A DNA stretch of 64,000 nucleotides from a bacterium (GTDB taxonomy: Bacteria > UBA8248 > JACPRG01 > G963555815), in NCBI GenBank assembly GCA_965218795.1, contig OZ244653.1, positions 1,280,001 to 1,344,000 of the forward strand, written 5' to 3'. Each line of letters begins with the position of its first letter. Position 1 is the stretch's first letter. Of this stretch, positions 18,519-28,545 are shown one piece after another. Under the pieces are notes generated by a model. It saw only the letters and a program-made list of their open reading frames with translations. It made no database searches and was not told where the DNA came from. The translations under genes and the position numbers were made by a program.

Positions 18519-19053
18519 CTTCGCGGGTTCCGGTTTCCTCGAGACCTTCGGGAACCTCGACAGTCATCCGGCCCTCGTCCAGGGCTACGTCCTTCACCAC
18601 CTCACGAGTCATGGGCAGGAGGATTTCTCCGTTCCCGTTACGTACGACGAGGACATCGTTCTCCCCGCCGGGTCCGGAGGAGAAAACCTCCGTCAGTCGC
18701 CCCAGCGATTTTCCCTTCTCGTCCACTACGCCGAGCCCGACCAGTTCTTCCCAGAGGTACTCTCCCTCCTCCAGAGGAGGAAGGTCATCGCGGTCAATCC
18801 GAATGTCGGCCGGGATGAGAGACCGCGCGAGATCCCGATCCGTGATCCCTTCGAGAGTCAGCAGGATTCGGTCTTGGTGTGGGCGCAACGCCTCGATACG
18901 GGCTCGCCGAGAATCGCCTTCCGGCCCTTGCAACGATATTTCACGGCCGGCGGAAACTGCTTCTCCGGTCTCCAGCCACAACTCAACGGAAATTTCCCCC
19001 CGGATGCCATGGGCTTTGACGAGCCGACCGACGGCCACCGTTTTCAAGGGCAT
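18508..19053 (-). CDS. rimM: Ribosome maturation factor RimM
   Basis: GRLVKAHGIRGE and EGEYLWEELVGL motifs; operon position. Confidence 0.95.
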   Translation of the reverse strand: MPLKTVAVGRLVKAHGIRGEISVELWLETGEAVSAGREISLQGPEGDSRRARIEALRPHQDRILLTLEGITDRDLARSLIPADIRIDRDDLPPLEEGEYLWEELVGLGVVDEKGKSLGRLTEVFSSGPGGENDVLVVRNGNGEILLPMTREVVKDVALDEGRMTVEVPEGLEETGTREDDL

Positions 19054-19058
19054 CGCCG

Positions 19059-19289
19059 CTATTCCAGGATTTCGAGAACTATGCGCCGGCCACGCTGAGC
19101 CGACACGACCGACATCAGGGTACGCATGGCCCTCGCTGTACGGCCCTCTTTGCCGATCACCTTTCCCAAATCATCTTCGGCCACCCTCAGCTCAATCGCG
19201 AGGTCTTCCCCCCGGTCGACTTCCTCCACGCGAACCTGATCGGGCTCGTCCACCAACTGCTTCGCGATATACTCGATGAGATCTCTCAC
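19059..19289 (-). CDS. khpA: KH-domain RNA-binding protein KhpA
   Basis: DLGKVIGKEGRTARAMR motif; lies between rpsP and rimM; GTG start at 19289. Confidence 0.93.
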   Translation of the reverse strand: MRDLIEYIAKQLVDEPDQVRVEEVDRGEDLAIELRVAEDDLGKVIGKEGRTARAMRTLMSVVSAQRGRRIVLEILE

Positions 19290-19346
19290 CGTCAAATCCG
19301 TCGTTATCGAGGGGCGATCGGGAGACGCTTCCACCCGCAAGAGCGC

Positions 19347-19598
19347 TCAAGCCTCGGTCTGATACACTCCTGTCTTCCGAAACAGTGTCTTGACGGTTTC
19401 GGAAGGCAGGGCGCCGCTGGACAGCCAATACCGCGCCCGCTCCTGATCGATGGATACCGCGACCGGGTCATCCCCCGGGTCATATGTGCCGATGCTTTCG
19501 ATGATTCTTCCGTCCCGCGGCGAGCGGGAATCGGCTACGACGACCCGGTAAAAAGGCCGTTTTTTGGCGCCTAATCGTGTAAGTCGAATCCGAACCAA
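19347..19598 (-). CDS. rpsP: 30S ribosomal protein S16
   Basis: [27 protein letters not shown]. Confidence 0.99.
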   Translation of the reverse strand: MVRIRLTRLGAKKRPFYRVVVADSRSPRDGRIIESIGTYDPGDDPVAVSIDQERARYWLSSGALPSETVKTLFRKTGVYQTEA

Positions 19599-19677
19599 TC
19601 ACTTGCCTCCTTCATTACTCTGGAACCTGTGGAACCAAGAACCTCATACAGACCGGGACGTCTTCCAGTCGCATGCC

Positions 19678-21036
19678 TCACCCCCGGGGGGGGAGGCCCG
19701 GAATTCCAGGCATCCCCATCATCAAGGCCCGCTTTCTCTTCTTGCCCCCTGCTGCCCGCGTGAGCTGCTGCATCATTTTCCTCATCTGTGAGAACTGCTT
19801 GAGCAGCTGGTTGACATCCTGAACGGTCGTGCCGCTGCCGGCAGCGATCCTCTTGCGGCGGCTTCCGTTGATGATGGAATGTTCCTGCCGCTCGCCGGGA
19901 GTCATCGAGTTGATGATGGCTTCGATTCTCACCAGGCTGTCCTCCTGGCCCTCGAATCCTTTCACCTTGCCCATGCCGGGAATCATCCCAATGAGTTCAT
20001 CCATCGGGCCCATCTTCTTCAATTGGCGAAGCTGGTCCCTGAAGTCCTCCAATGAAAAGGTCGCAGTCCGAGCCTTCTCCGCCAAGGCTGCGGCTTCTTC
20101 GACCGATACGGTCGTCTGCGCCCGCTCAATCAATGAGAGCACATCCCCCATCCCCAGAACGCGTGACGCCATGCGCTCAGGATGAAAGGCCTCCAGGGCG
20201 TCCAGGCGCTCACCCACGCCCACCAGCTTGATGGGGACCCCAACCTCCGCCCGGATCGAAAGGGCCGCTCCGCCACGCGCATCTCCGTCCAGCTTGGTCA
20301 GGACGACCCCGGTCAATTCAATGGCCTCGTGAAAGGATTTCGCGAGGTCCACCGCCTGCTGCCCGGTCATGGCGTCCGCAACCAGGAGACGCTCATCGGG
20401 GCGAATCTTCGCAGATACCCGATCCAACTCCTTCATCAACTCCTCATCCGCTTGGAGACGCCCCGCCGAATCCGCGATGGCCACTTGGGCGTCCGCCAAT
20501 CGAGCCGCCTTCATCCCCTGCTCCGCGGCGGCCACCGGATCCGATACCCCCTTGGGGTCGAAAACAGGTACATCCAGCGAGCGGCCGAGCGCATGAAGCT
20601 GCTCCACCGCAGCGGGGCGCATCAAATCGCAGGGAATCAGATACGGGCTCTTGCCTTCTTCTTTGAAGCGGCGTGCCAGTTTACCGGCCGTCGTCGTTTT
20701 GCCGGAACCGTGCAGCCCCGCCAGCAGGATGACCAGGGGAGGCTCCGTCACGGTGACCAAGGGGACCGCTTCCTCCCCCATGAGCGCGATCAATTCCTCG
20801 TGGACGATCTTGATGACCTGCTGGCCCGGCGTCAGGCTCTTCATCACGTCGGCCCCGACCGCCCGTTCCTTGACCGCCGAAACAAAGCTCTTGACCACCT
20901 TGAAATTGACATCCGCCTCAAGCATCGCCAACCGCACCTCCCGAAGGGCATCGGCGACATCGGATTCGCTGAGCCGCCCTCGCCCGCGAAGCTTCCTGAA
21001 AACCTCGTCAAGGCGATGGCTCAAGTTTTCGAACAT
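19678..21036 (-). CDS. ffh: Signal recognition particle protein
   Basis: GLHGSGKTTT, DSAGR, TKLDGDARGGAALS and the M-domain IINSMT motif. Confidence 0.99.
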   Translation of the reverse strand: MFENLSHRLDEVFRKLRGRGRLSESDVADALREVRLAMLEADVNFKVVKSFVSAVKERAVGADVMKSLTPGQQVIKIVHEELIALMGEEAVPLVTVTEPPLVILLAGLHGSGKTTTAGKLARRFKEEGKSPYLIPCDLMRPAAVEQLHALGRSLDVPVFDPKGVSDPVAAAEQGMKAARLADAQVAIADSAGRLQADEELMKELDRVSAKIRPDERLLVADAMTGQQAVDLAKSFHEAIELTGVVLTKLDGDARGGAALSIRAEVGVPIKLVGVGERLDALEAFHPERMASRVLGMGDVLSLIERAQTTVSVEEAAALAEKARTATFSLEDFRDQLRQLKKMGPMDELIGMIPGMGKVKGFEGQEDSLVRIEAIINSMTPGERQEHSIINGSRRKRIAAGSGTTVQDVNQLLKQFSQMRKMMQQLTRAAGGKKRKRALMMGMPGIPGLPPRG

Positions 21037-21070
21037 TTGCAGCTTCCTGCGAAGGTAACGTGAAAATGCC

Positions 21071-21116
21071 TCGTTAATGAAAGATTAACGATAGACCCGG
21101 TCCATAGCTCCGTCAA
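21071..21116 (-). promoter_or_regulatory. Candidate ffh promoter overlapped by a perfect dyad
   Basis: Minus strand TTGACG (21116-21111), 17 nt, TATCGT (21093-21088). Dyad TCGTTAAT-gaaag-ATTAACGA at 21071-21091. Confidence 0.5.
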
Positions 21117-21164
21117 CGGGAACTCCGCTTTTGCGGGCGATTGATCAATTCGCCTCTGATTTTG

Positions 21165-21875
21165 CTAGGAATTCTCTCCACGGATCCCGGCGATGGCCTT
21201 CCGGTAGTCCTGGGCGCCGAACACGGCGGTTCCCGCAACCAACATCCTTGCTCCGGCGCGAATAACCTCTCCCGCCGTTTGCGCATCCACCCCGCCGTCC
21301 ACCTCCAGGATCGGGGGATTCGACAACCCGTCCAGCCGCTCTCTGACCCGGCGGATCTTAGGCAAAACGCTCTCGATGAACCTCTGCCCCCCGAAACCCG
21401 GATTGACCGTCATCAGGAGTACCAGATCCGCGGCCTCGAGCACTTCGAAGACGGCCTCAGGCGGCGTCGCAGGGTTGAGGGCCACACCAGATAAAATCCG
21501 CTTGCCTTCCGGCGTGGTCATGCCCTGGATCGACTGAAGCGTCCGGTGAAGGTGGGGACAGGTCTCGGCATGGACCGTTAAAACTCCAGCTCCGGCCCGG
21601 GCGAAAGCTTCCAGGTGCCGTTCCGGTTCGACAATCATCAGGTGAACATCCAGCAAGACATCTTCGCTCTCGTCAGCCCTCGCCCTTCGGGCGGCTTCCA
21701 CCGCCAGCGGTCCCATCGTGATGTTCGGAACAAACCGCCCGTCCATCACATCCAGGTGCAGCCAGTCGGCGCCGCCAGCCATGACGTCTCGGACCTCATC
21801 TCCCAATCGGGCGAAATCGCACGCCAACAGGGAAGGAGCGATCCGGACAGGCTCGTTTCCCTGCATCTGATTCAC
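21165..21875 (-). CDS. rpe: Ribulose-phosphate 3-epimerase
   Basis: HLDVMDGRFVPN, DVHLM, MTVNPGFGGQ and EVDGG motifs. Confidence 0.98.
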   Translation of the reverse strand: MNQMQGNEPVRIAPSLLACDFARLGDEVRDVMAGGADWLHLDVMDGRFVPNITMGPLAVEAARRARADESEDVLLDVHLMIVEPERHLEAFARAGAGVLTVHAETCPHLHRTLQSIQGMTTPEGKRILSGVALNPATPPEAVFEVLEAADLVLLMTVNPGFGGQRFIESVLPKIRRVRERLDGLSNPPILEVDGGVDAQTAGEVIRAGARMLVAGTAVFGAQDYRKAIAGIRGENS

Positions 21876-22828
21876 TGCAAAACCCTTTCTTCGGTCAATT
21901 TGCCGTCGAGATAAACCCGCGCGACCGTTTCCCCTTTCAGCCGGACCAAGAGTCCCACTTCCTGGCCGCCCTTTTTTCTTCCGTTGAAGATTTCGCGGGA
22001 TTCCCGGTCATGCACCAGCACCACGCGGACCATGATCTCCTTGGCATCTTCTGGCAGCTTATAGCGGAAGTATGCATACGTTCCCGTTGGTTTCGCTTCG
22101 GCTTCAGCCCCTTTCGCCACGAAAAGCCTCACGCTGTCACCGCTCGGGATTCGGTATCCGGCCTTGGGTTCCGTACGCAGGACGATACCCACCAGAACCC
22201 CCGGGTATTCGGTCTGAACCACCTTTCCGACTCTGAGGGAGGAGTTCCGGATCACGCGCAAGGCGGCGTTCAAATCCTCACCCACCAGATCGGGCATCAC
22301 GTATGCGGTCCGCGGCTTCCCTTTGCTGACCAACAGATTCACACCTTTCCCGCGCTCCACCCGTATCGAAGGAGAAGGAACCTGAGCGATGATAGAATTC
22401 TCCTGATGAAATTTCGACTCGACCCAGGATACCCTGCCCACCTTAAAGCCCAGGGCCTTGAGGATGTTGACCGATCGGGTCCAGGTTTCCCCTCGAAGCT
22501 CCGGAACCCTGGCCTCCCGGGGGCCTTTGCTGAGGATCACGGCGATCCTCCTCCGTCGCTTCACCCGGTGCCCGGCGGGCGGGTCCTGACGGGTCACGCT
22601 GTGCTTGGGAACGACCGGATCGAATTCCTGGCTCCGAATTTCCATCGCCAGATCCGATTGCCCCATGATTTCGAGGGCTTCGACAATGTGCTTTCCCATA
22701 ACGGAGGGAACCGGCAATTCTCCCCCGCCCAGGACGACTTTCATGGCGACATACCCGCTGACTGCGCTGGCCGCCACGATCAGGAGCAAAAATAAAAAGA
22801 ATTTTGTAATCTTCCAGAAGGATTTCAA
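21872..22828 (-). CDS. Membrane-anchored protein with three PASTA domains and no kinase domain
   Basis: N-terminal TM, then VPSVMG/VPELRG/MPDLVG repeats, each with Q.P..G and SKG/AKG-type ends. Confidence 0.88.
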   Translation of the reverse strand: MKSFWKITKFFLFLLLIVAASAVSGYVAMKVVLGGGELPVPSVMGKHIVEALEIMGQSDLAMEIRSQEFDPVVPKHSVTRQDPPAGHRVKRRRRIAVILSKGPREARVPELRGETWTRSVNILKALGFKVGRVSWVESKFHQENSIIAQVPSPSIRVERGKGVNLLVSKGKPRTAYVMPDLVGEDLNAALRVIRNSSLRVGKVVQTEYPGVLVGIVLRTEPKAGYRIPSGDSVRLFVAKGAEAEAKPTGTYAYFRYKLPEDAKEIMVRVVLVHDRESREIFNGRKKGGQEVGLLVRLKGETVARVYLDGKLTEERVLQ

Positions 22829-22831
22829 TGG

Positions 22832-24250
22832 TCATACCGATTCATCTGATGGTTTGCGTCTCCAGCGGGCCGCAAAAAAACCGTCCGAGGCGGTATCGCC
22901 CGCGCGCACCTGATAGCATCCGCCCTCAACGATAAACCGGCGGGGACCATCCGGCCCCTCGGGCATTGTTGCGGAAAGGTCCTCCCGCTGAAAGCGTCCC
23001 CCTTCAGAGGACTTCTCAAAGGCGTGGACCACCTGGAAGGTCTCTTCGTCCTCATTCGAGCAGACACAATAGAGCATACTCCCTCCAGGCCGAACGGCGC
23101 GCGACGCCTTTCCAAGAATCCGAATCTCCACCGCGTTCATCCGAAGGATATCCGTCTCCTCCTTGTTCCACTTTGCTTCCGGATGACGACGAAGGACGCC
23201 AAGGCCGGAGCAGGGCGCATCGACCAGAACCGCATCGAATACGGAATCCCTGACAACGTCCGAGGCTGCATCCGCCCTGACGGCATATACCGACTTCAAC
23301 CTCATCCGCCGAGCGTTTTCAGCGACTTTCGCCAGACGGCGCGCATGGGTGTCCGTGGCCAGGATGAATCCCGAATCGTCCATCCGTTCGGCTACGTGAA
23401 CCGTCTTTCCACCCGGGCCCGCGCATACGTCCCACACCCAATCGCCGGGTCGGACATCCATCAGTTGCGCCATCCACGAAGCCGCTTGATCCTGAACCGA
23501 AAACCAGCCTTCCCGGAATCCCGGCAATCGTGTGATGGGCGGTCCACCTTGAACGATCAGCGAGCCAGGCCAAAGGTTTCCCCGCGTCACCCCGGCCCCG
23601 GCCTCCTGCAAGGCGTCTTCCACGATTTCCACCGTCGCGAGGCGACGGTTGACCCTGAGAGCCAAGGGGGAGCGCTCATTGTTGGCCCGGCAAACGCGAA
23701 CCGCGGCTTCCAGACCCCATCGTTCAGTCCACCTCCGGACCATCCAGGCCGGATGGGATTCACCCTCCGCCAGACTATCCGTATCCTCATAGGCGAAAAT
23801 ACCGCCTTGACTGTCCGCAGCCGCGGTACGAGCAACGACGCGCAGGACCGCGTTCACCAATTTGACAAATCCCCCGAAACCATTCCGCCGCGTCTGCTCA
23901 ACGGCCTCGTTCACCGCCGCCCAGTCCGGAACACGGTCCATGAAGAGAATCTGGTAGGCGCCCAGCCTGAGGACATTCCGGACAGGGCGGGGCAGGTCCT
24001 TGGGGTCGCCGGACAGACACGTGGCCAATGCCGTGTCGATCCGGCCGCGCCAGCGGACCGCGCCATACACCAACTCCCGGACAAAGGCGCGGTCCTCCGC
24101 TCCATGCCCGGACCGTCCCTGAACTTCTCTCAGGCGTTCGTCCAGGCGAACCCCTTTCTCCTCCGCTTCCTGAATCAAAGTCAAGGCGAGGTCGCGGGGC
24201 GTCGGCCTGCCGGCCCTCCCCATCCGCTTATGCGCGGCCGCTTTTGCCAT
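22832..24250 (-). CDS. rsmB: 16S rRNA m5C967 methyltransferase RsmB/Sun
   Basis: NusB-like N-domain (VNAVLR), VQD, DVCAGPGGKT and DAPCSGLG motifs. Confidence 0.95.
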   Translation of the reverse strand: MAKAAAHKRMGRAGRPTPRDLALTLIQEAEEKGVRLDERLREVQGRSGHGAEDRAFVRELVYGAVRWRGRIDTALATCLSGDPKDLPRPVRNVLRLGAYQILFMDRVPDWAAVNEAVEQTRRNGFGGFVKLVNAVLRVVARTAAADSQGGIFAYEDTDSLAEGESHPAWMVRRWTERWGLEAAVRVCRANNERSPLALRVNRRLATVEIVEDALQEAGAGVTRGNLWPGSLIVQGGPPITRLPGFREGWFSVQDQAASWMAQLMDVRPGDWVWDVCAGPGGKTVHVAERMDDSGFILATDTHARRLAKVAENARRMRLKSVYAVRADAASDVVRDSVFDAVLVDAPCSGLGVLRRHPEAKWNKEETDILRMNAVEIRILGKASRAVRPGGSMLYCVCSNEDEETFQVVHAFEKSSEGGRFQREDLSATMPEGPDGPRRFIVEGGCYQVRAGDTASDGFFAARWRRKPSDESV

Positions 24251-24255
24251 TCCTC

Positions 24256-25248
24256 TTATCCCAGGACGGATCCTGCCGGAAGCCGGTACCCCTGCCAGAA
24301 GGACCTGGCGTCCATCCTGCGCTTCCCCTCGGGTTGCACTTCGGTCAGCAGAACCCAACCGTCCGATGCTTTGATTCGAATCCCGTCTTCGCCGGCCGGG
24401 GTTTTTCCCAATTCGGCGACGGTCCCCGGAGGCGAGTCAAAAGAACTCTCGGCCTGCCGGCGCGAACCGGCATCCGGCCTTGCCATCCAAACGCGGAGCC
24501 ATGGACCGCCGGAGCCCGCCTTCACGCCGGAAGAATCCCCGCCTGAACCCCATCGGGTTTGAGCCACCGGCCACGGACGCAGGCCTCTGACCCGCCGACA
24601 GATATCTGCAGCAGGCATAGCCCAGTCAATCACAGCATCCTCTTTCTTCAATCGCGGGGCGTAGGTCGCCTCCTCTTCCACCTGCGGAACGGGAAGAATG
24701 GTGCCGGCCTCCAGGCCCTCAATCGTGTCGATACAAACCTCGGCAGAGAGAGAAGACAGTTTCTCATACAGGGTTTCGCCGGTTTCATCCCCGCCGATCG
24801 GACAGCGGCGGCGCAAAAGCATATCCCCGGCATCCAGCTTTTCCACCACGTTCATCGACGTCACGCCCGTTTCCGTTTCCCCCCGAATCATGGCCCAGTT
24901 GATGGGAGCCGCCCCCCGGTATTTCGGGAGCAAGGAGGCATGCAGGTTGATACAGCCCCGGCGCGGCCAATCCAGGATGTCGCACTTGAGAATGTGACCG
25001 TAGGCAATGACGACGATCAGGTCGGGCGCCAGATCCGGCCAGAGCTCCCGGCGGGGCTTCTCAGGCTGGTAAACGGCGAGGGAGGCTTCCAGGGCCCGTC
25101 GTTTCACGGCGGGAGGTTGAAGCTTCTTCCCCCGGCCGGAGGGAGCATCGGGTTGGGTGACGACACCTATCAGTTCATGGGTGGAGGCCAGCAAGGCATC
25201 CAGCGTGGGCACGGCGAACTCGGGAGTCCCCATCAAGAGGATTTTCAT
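24256..25248 (-). CDS. fmt: Methionyl-tRNA formyltransferase
   Basis: MGTPEFA, NLHASLLPKYRGAAPI and LDAGD motifs. Confidence 0.98.
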   Translation of the reverse strand: MKILLMGTPEFAVPTLDALLASTHELIGVVTQPDAPSGRGKKLQPPAVKRRALEASLAVYQPEKPRRELWPDLAPDLIVVIAYGHILKCDILDWPRRGCINLHASLLPKYRGAAPINWAMIRGETETGVTSMNVVEKLDAGDMLLRRRCPIGGDETGETLYEKLSSLSAEVCIDTIEGLEAGTILPVPQVEEEATYAPRLKKEDAVIDWAMPAADICRRVRGLRPWPVAQTRWGSGGDSSGVKAGSGGPWLRVWMARPDAGSRRQAESSFDSPPGTVAELGKTPAGEDGIRIKASDGWVLLTEVQPEGKRRMDARSFWQGYRLPAGSVLG

Positions 25249-25280
25249 GAGGCTCCACCCCGGAACTTCGGTGACAGCCG

Positions 25281-25790
25281 CTACGCCTCGACACGCTGGC
25301 GTTTGCGGAGCTTTCGCTTGACCAAGTCCCGCTTGACGGGCCCCAGGGAATCGATGATCAGAACCCCGTTCAAATGGTCTATCTCGTGCTGAAGGATATA
25401 AGAAAGATAGCCCTCCACCTCAATCGTTTGCATCCGCCCGTTCAGCCTTTGGGCCTTCACGACAATCTGCTTCGCACGCTGAACCTTCACCTCGACCTCG
25501 GGAAGACTCAGGCACCCTTCTTCGTGTTGGACGCTCCCCTTGGAAGAGATGATCTCCGGATTCATGAGTTCCAGGGCGAGATCGGGATTCTCGCCGGCAG
25601 ACGGGTCCGCAACGATCACTCTCTGGCTGACCCCTACTTGAGGGGCCGCCAACCCGACACCCGGGGCCGCGTGCATGGTTTCGATCATGTCCCCGATCAG
25701 CGTCTTCAAGCTTTCATCAATTCGGTCGACGGGCTCCGCAATTTTTCTGAGAACAGGATCAGGAAAGATCAGGATCTTTCGAAGTGTCAT
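25281..25790 (-). CDS. def: Peptide deformylase
   Basis: GVGLAAPQ, EGCLS and QHEIDHL motifs. Confidence 0.98.
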   Translation of the reverse strand: MTLRKILIFPDPVLRKIAEPVDRIDESLKTLIGDMIETMHAAPGVGLAAPQVGVSQRVIVADPSAGENPDLALELMNPEIISSKGSVQHEEGCLSLPEVEVKVQRAKQIVVKAQRLNGRMQTIEVEGYLSYILQHEIDHLNGVLIIDSLGPVKRDLVKRKLRKRQRVEA

Positions 25791-25906
25791 ACGCTCCAAT
25801 CGTCCGAAGGAAGGCGTCCGCTCATCCGGATAAATTCAGCAAATTCAATGCAGTCTGAATATAGTCCAGACTTTGGACGGAATCAACCAAACCCGGGGAG
25901 GCTCGG

Positions 25907-28285
25907 TTAGTAGAGGTCAATGGGGTCGACATCAACACTGAATCTCACGCCTGCCGGCGGCCGGAGCTCACTGTTTTCCGTCCGGCAGATCTCCTGGACC
26001 AGCCGGCTCAGCCAACGCGCCGAGGAATCCTTGAGAGCCACCTGCCATCGATAACGGCCCTGCAGCTTGCCGAAAACACCCGGGGCGGGACCAAGAATTT
26101 CCGGGTAGGAAGGCTTGCGGCTTGACCCGTCCAAGTGTCCCGTACGTTTGCCCAGTTCCATCGCCAGTCGGGCTGCGAACCGCTCCGCCGACTCGGCTTC
26201 CTGCGCCTCAATCCGGAATCGAACCATCCTGGCATACGGAGGATATCCCAACTCGCGTCGGAACTGGAGTTCGTCGCGGACGAATCCATCATAGTCCTGA
26301 GCGGCCGCATGCCGGACAGCGTAATGGTCGGGGCGGAATGTCTGAATGATCACATCTCCCGGCGTCCCCCCCCTCCCCGCCCGACCGGCCACCTGAGTGA
26401 GTAGTTGGAAGGTTCGCTCCCCCGCTCGAAAATCGGGCATATTCAGCGTAGCATCCGCCTGAATGACACCGACGAGGGTGATTCCGGGATAGTCATGTCC
26501 CTTGGCCACCATCTGCGTCCCCACCAGGATATCGATTTCGCCTTTGGCAAGGCTGCGCAGGATCCGGCCATGGGCCCCGCGGCTCCGGGTCGTGTCCCGG
26601 TCCATCCGGGCAATCCGGCCCATGGGAAATCTTTCTTTCAGCAAATCCTCCACCCGCTGCGTCCCGATTCCCCGCGTGTCCAGGTTCATCCCCGAACAAT
26701 CGGGGCAAATCTCGGGCGATCGGCTCCGGTGGCCGCAATAGTGACACCGGAGATTCCGATCCGCGAGATGATAGGTCAGCGTTACGCTGCAATGCGGGCA
26801 ATCAGCCGTCCAGCCGCAGTCCCGGCATTGTATGCACGAGGCGAATCCGCGCCGGTTGAGAAAAATCAGGGCCTGTTCTCCCCTATCCAGGCAGGTCTGA
26901 ATCGAGCTCAGCATCGGCCGAGAGAGGATCCACCCGTCCCCGCCCCGTTCGCTTCCCGCACCGTTCTCATCGTGCCGGTCAGCGGGCGAGTCACCCCTGC
27001 TCTCCCGCTGGCGCAGGTCCACCACATTGACGTTCGCCAGGGGCCGCTCCTCTACGCGCTTCGGTAGATGGAGAAGGCCGTATTTTCCGGATTGGGCGTT
27101 ATGAAAACTCTCCAGCGAGGGGGTCGCCGACCCCAGAACCACACATGCCCCGGCTTGGCGGGCCCGTACCAGAGCGACATCTCGGGCGCTGTATCTGGGG
27201 GTCTCCTCCTGTTTGTATGAGGACTCATGCTCTTCGTCCACGACAATGATACCGAGCTTCCTGACAGGAGCGAACACGGCGGACCGGGCGCCGATGACGA
27301 TGGATGCATTCCCATCCGCGGTTCGGCGCCATTCCCGAATCCGATCGGACATCGTTAAACCGCTGTGGAGCTCCGCCACCCTGTGTCCGAACCGCGTGCG
27401 GAAGCGCTGCAGAATCTGAGGCGTCAGGGCGATCTCAGGAACAAGGACAATCGCGTCCCGACCTGATTCCAGAGCGCGGTCGATGGCCCGAAGATAGACC
27501 TCGGTTTTCCCGCTCCCCGTGACGCCCTTCAAGAGAAAGGCCTGAAACTTTTTCTGTTCCAGGCCGACGACGATCGCCTTCAGCGCCTTCTTCTGTTCGC
27601 CGGACAAAGACAAATCCGACATGGAGCCGAAGCGCGACCCCGAGGCGGGGGAAGAGGTCGCAGGGTGAAACGCGCCCACTTCCACGACCCGAATCCAGCC
27701 GCGGGCGGTCAAAGCCTTCAAGGGTCCGGCACGAAGATGAATGGGGATCTCCTCCCACCGGACGCCCTCCACCTCCGGCCCGAAGAGCGTTCGCTCTCCC
27801 GTCGCCATCTGAATCATCTCCAACAACTCTTTCTGCCTGGGCGACCGGGCGAGGACCCGCACGACCTCCCTGCTCGAAGGAACCGCGTCCAGCGTACAGA
27901 CCCGCACCCCGGCGGAACCCCTGGCTCGACGGAGACCGCCTCCGCCGGGCAGCGCCGCCCGGAGAACCTCTCCCCACCCCGCGCAATAGTAACCCGACAT
28001 CCATTGGGTCAATCGAAGAACCTCCCGCGATAGCGTCAATCCGTCATCGAGCACCGAGAGGATCTCCAGAATTCTCTTTTCATCCGTGAAACCTTGGGAA
28101 GCGCCCACAGCGAACCCCGTAATCACCCGACCCCCAAAGGGAACTCGAACCCTCTCGCCGATTTGAGGGCGGCAGGAACCGCGCAAGGACTCGGGGACAC
28201 GGTAGGTAAACGTCTGACTCAAAGGGACCGGTACAGCGACCTCGATGAATTCCGATACGGATTTTGAAGAGGACTGACTCATCAT
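25907..28285 (-). CDS. priA: Primosomal protein N' helicase
   Basis: GVTGSGKTEVY, DEEH, four CxxC motifs and QVAGRAGR. Confidence 0.98.
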   Translation of the reverse strand: MMSQSSSKSVSEFIEVAVPVPLSQTFTYRVPESLRGSCRPQIGERVRVPFGGRVITGFAVGASQGFTDEKRILEILSVLDDGLTLSREVLRLTQWMSGYYCAGWGEVLRAALPGGGGLRRARGSAGVRVCTLDAVPSSREVVRVLARSPRQKELLEMIQMATGERTLFGPEVEGVRWEEIPIHLRAGPLKALTARGWIRVVEVGAFHPATSSPASGSRFGSMSDLSLSGEQKKALKAIVVGLEQKKFQAFLLKGVTGSGKTEVYLRAIDRALESGRDAIVLVPEIALTPQILQRFRTRFGHRVAELHSGLTMSDRIREWRRTADGNASIVIGARSAVFAPVRKLGIIVVDEEHESSYKQEETPRYSARDVALVRARQAGACVVLGSATPSLESFHNAQSGKYGLLHLPKRVEERPLANVNVVDLRQRESRGDSPADRHDENGAGSERGGDGWILSRPMLSSIQTCLDRGEQALIFLNRRGFASCIQCRDCGWTADCPHCSVTLTYHLADRNLRCHYCGHRSRSPEICPDCSGMNLDTRGIGTQRVEDLLKERFPMGRIARMDRDTTRSRGAHGRILRSLAKGEIDILVGTQMVAKGHDYPGITLVGVIQADATLNMPDFRAGERTFQLLTQVAGRAGRGGTPGDVIIQTFRPDHYAVRHAAAQDYDGFVRDELQFRRELGYPPYARMVRFRIEAQEAESAERFAARLAMELGKRTGHLDGSSRKPSYPEILGPAPGVFGKLQGRYRWQVALKDSSARWLSRLVQEICRTENSELRPPAGVRFSVDVDPIDLY

Positions 28286-28545
28286 GGGCAAATCAGGTGG
28301 ACGGCCCCGGACCTATGGACGTTGGTGATCTACGCCCATCGAATGAAGAGATTCCATCGCTACCAATGCAGCGGCTTTCATCTTATCGAGTGAACCAGAA
28401 CCGGACAATCCAGGCGAAATATTCTCTTTGGCGCAGAAATTCATCACCCGATGGCTCGGATTACGCTAAAATCTGAGAATCCTTGGTCACAGAACAAATG
28501 CCCGGATCGCATGTGTCGGCAGAAAACCGAACCTGGATGGAGGAA

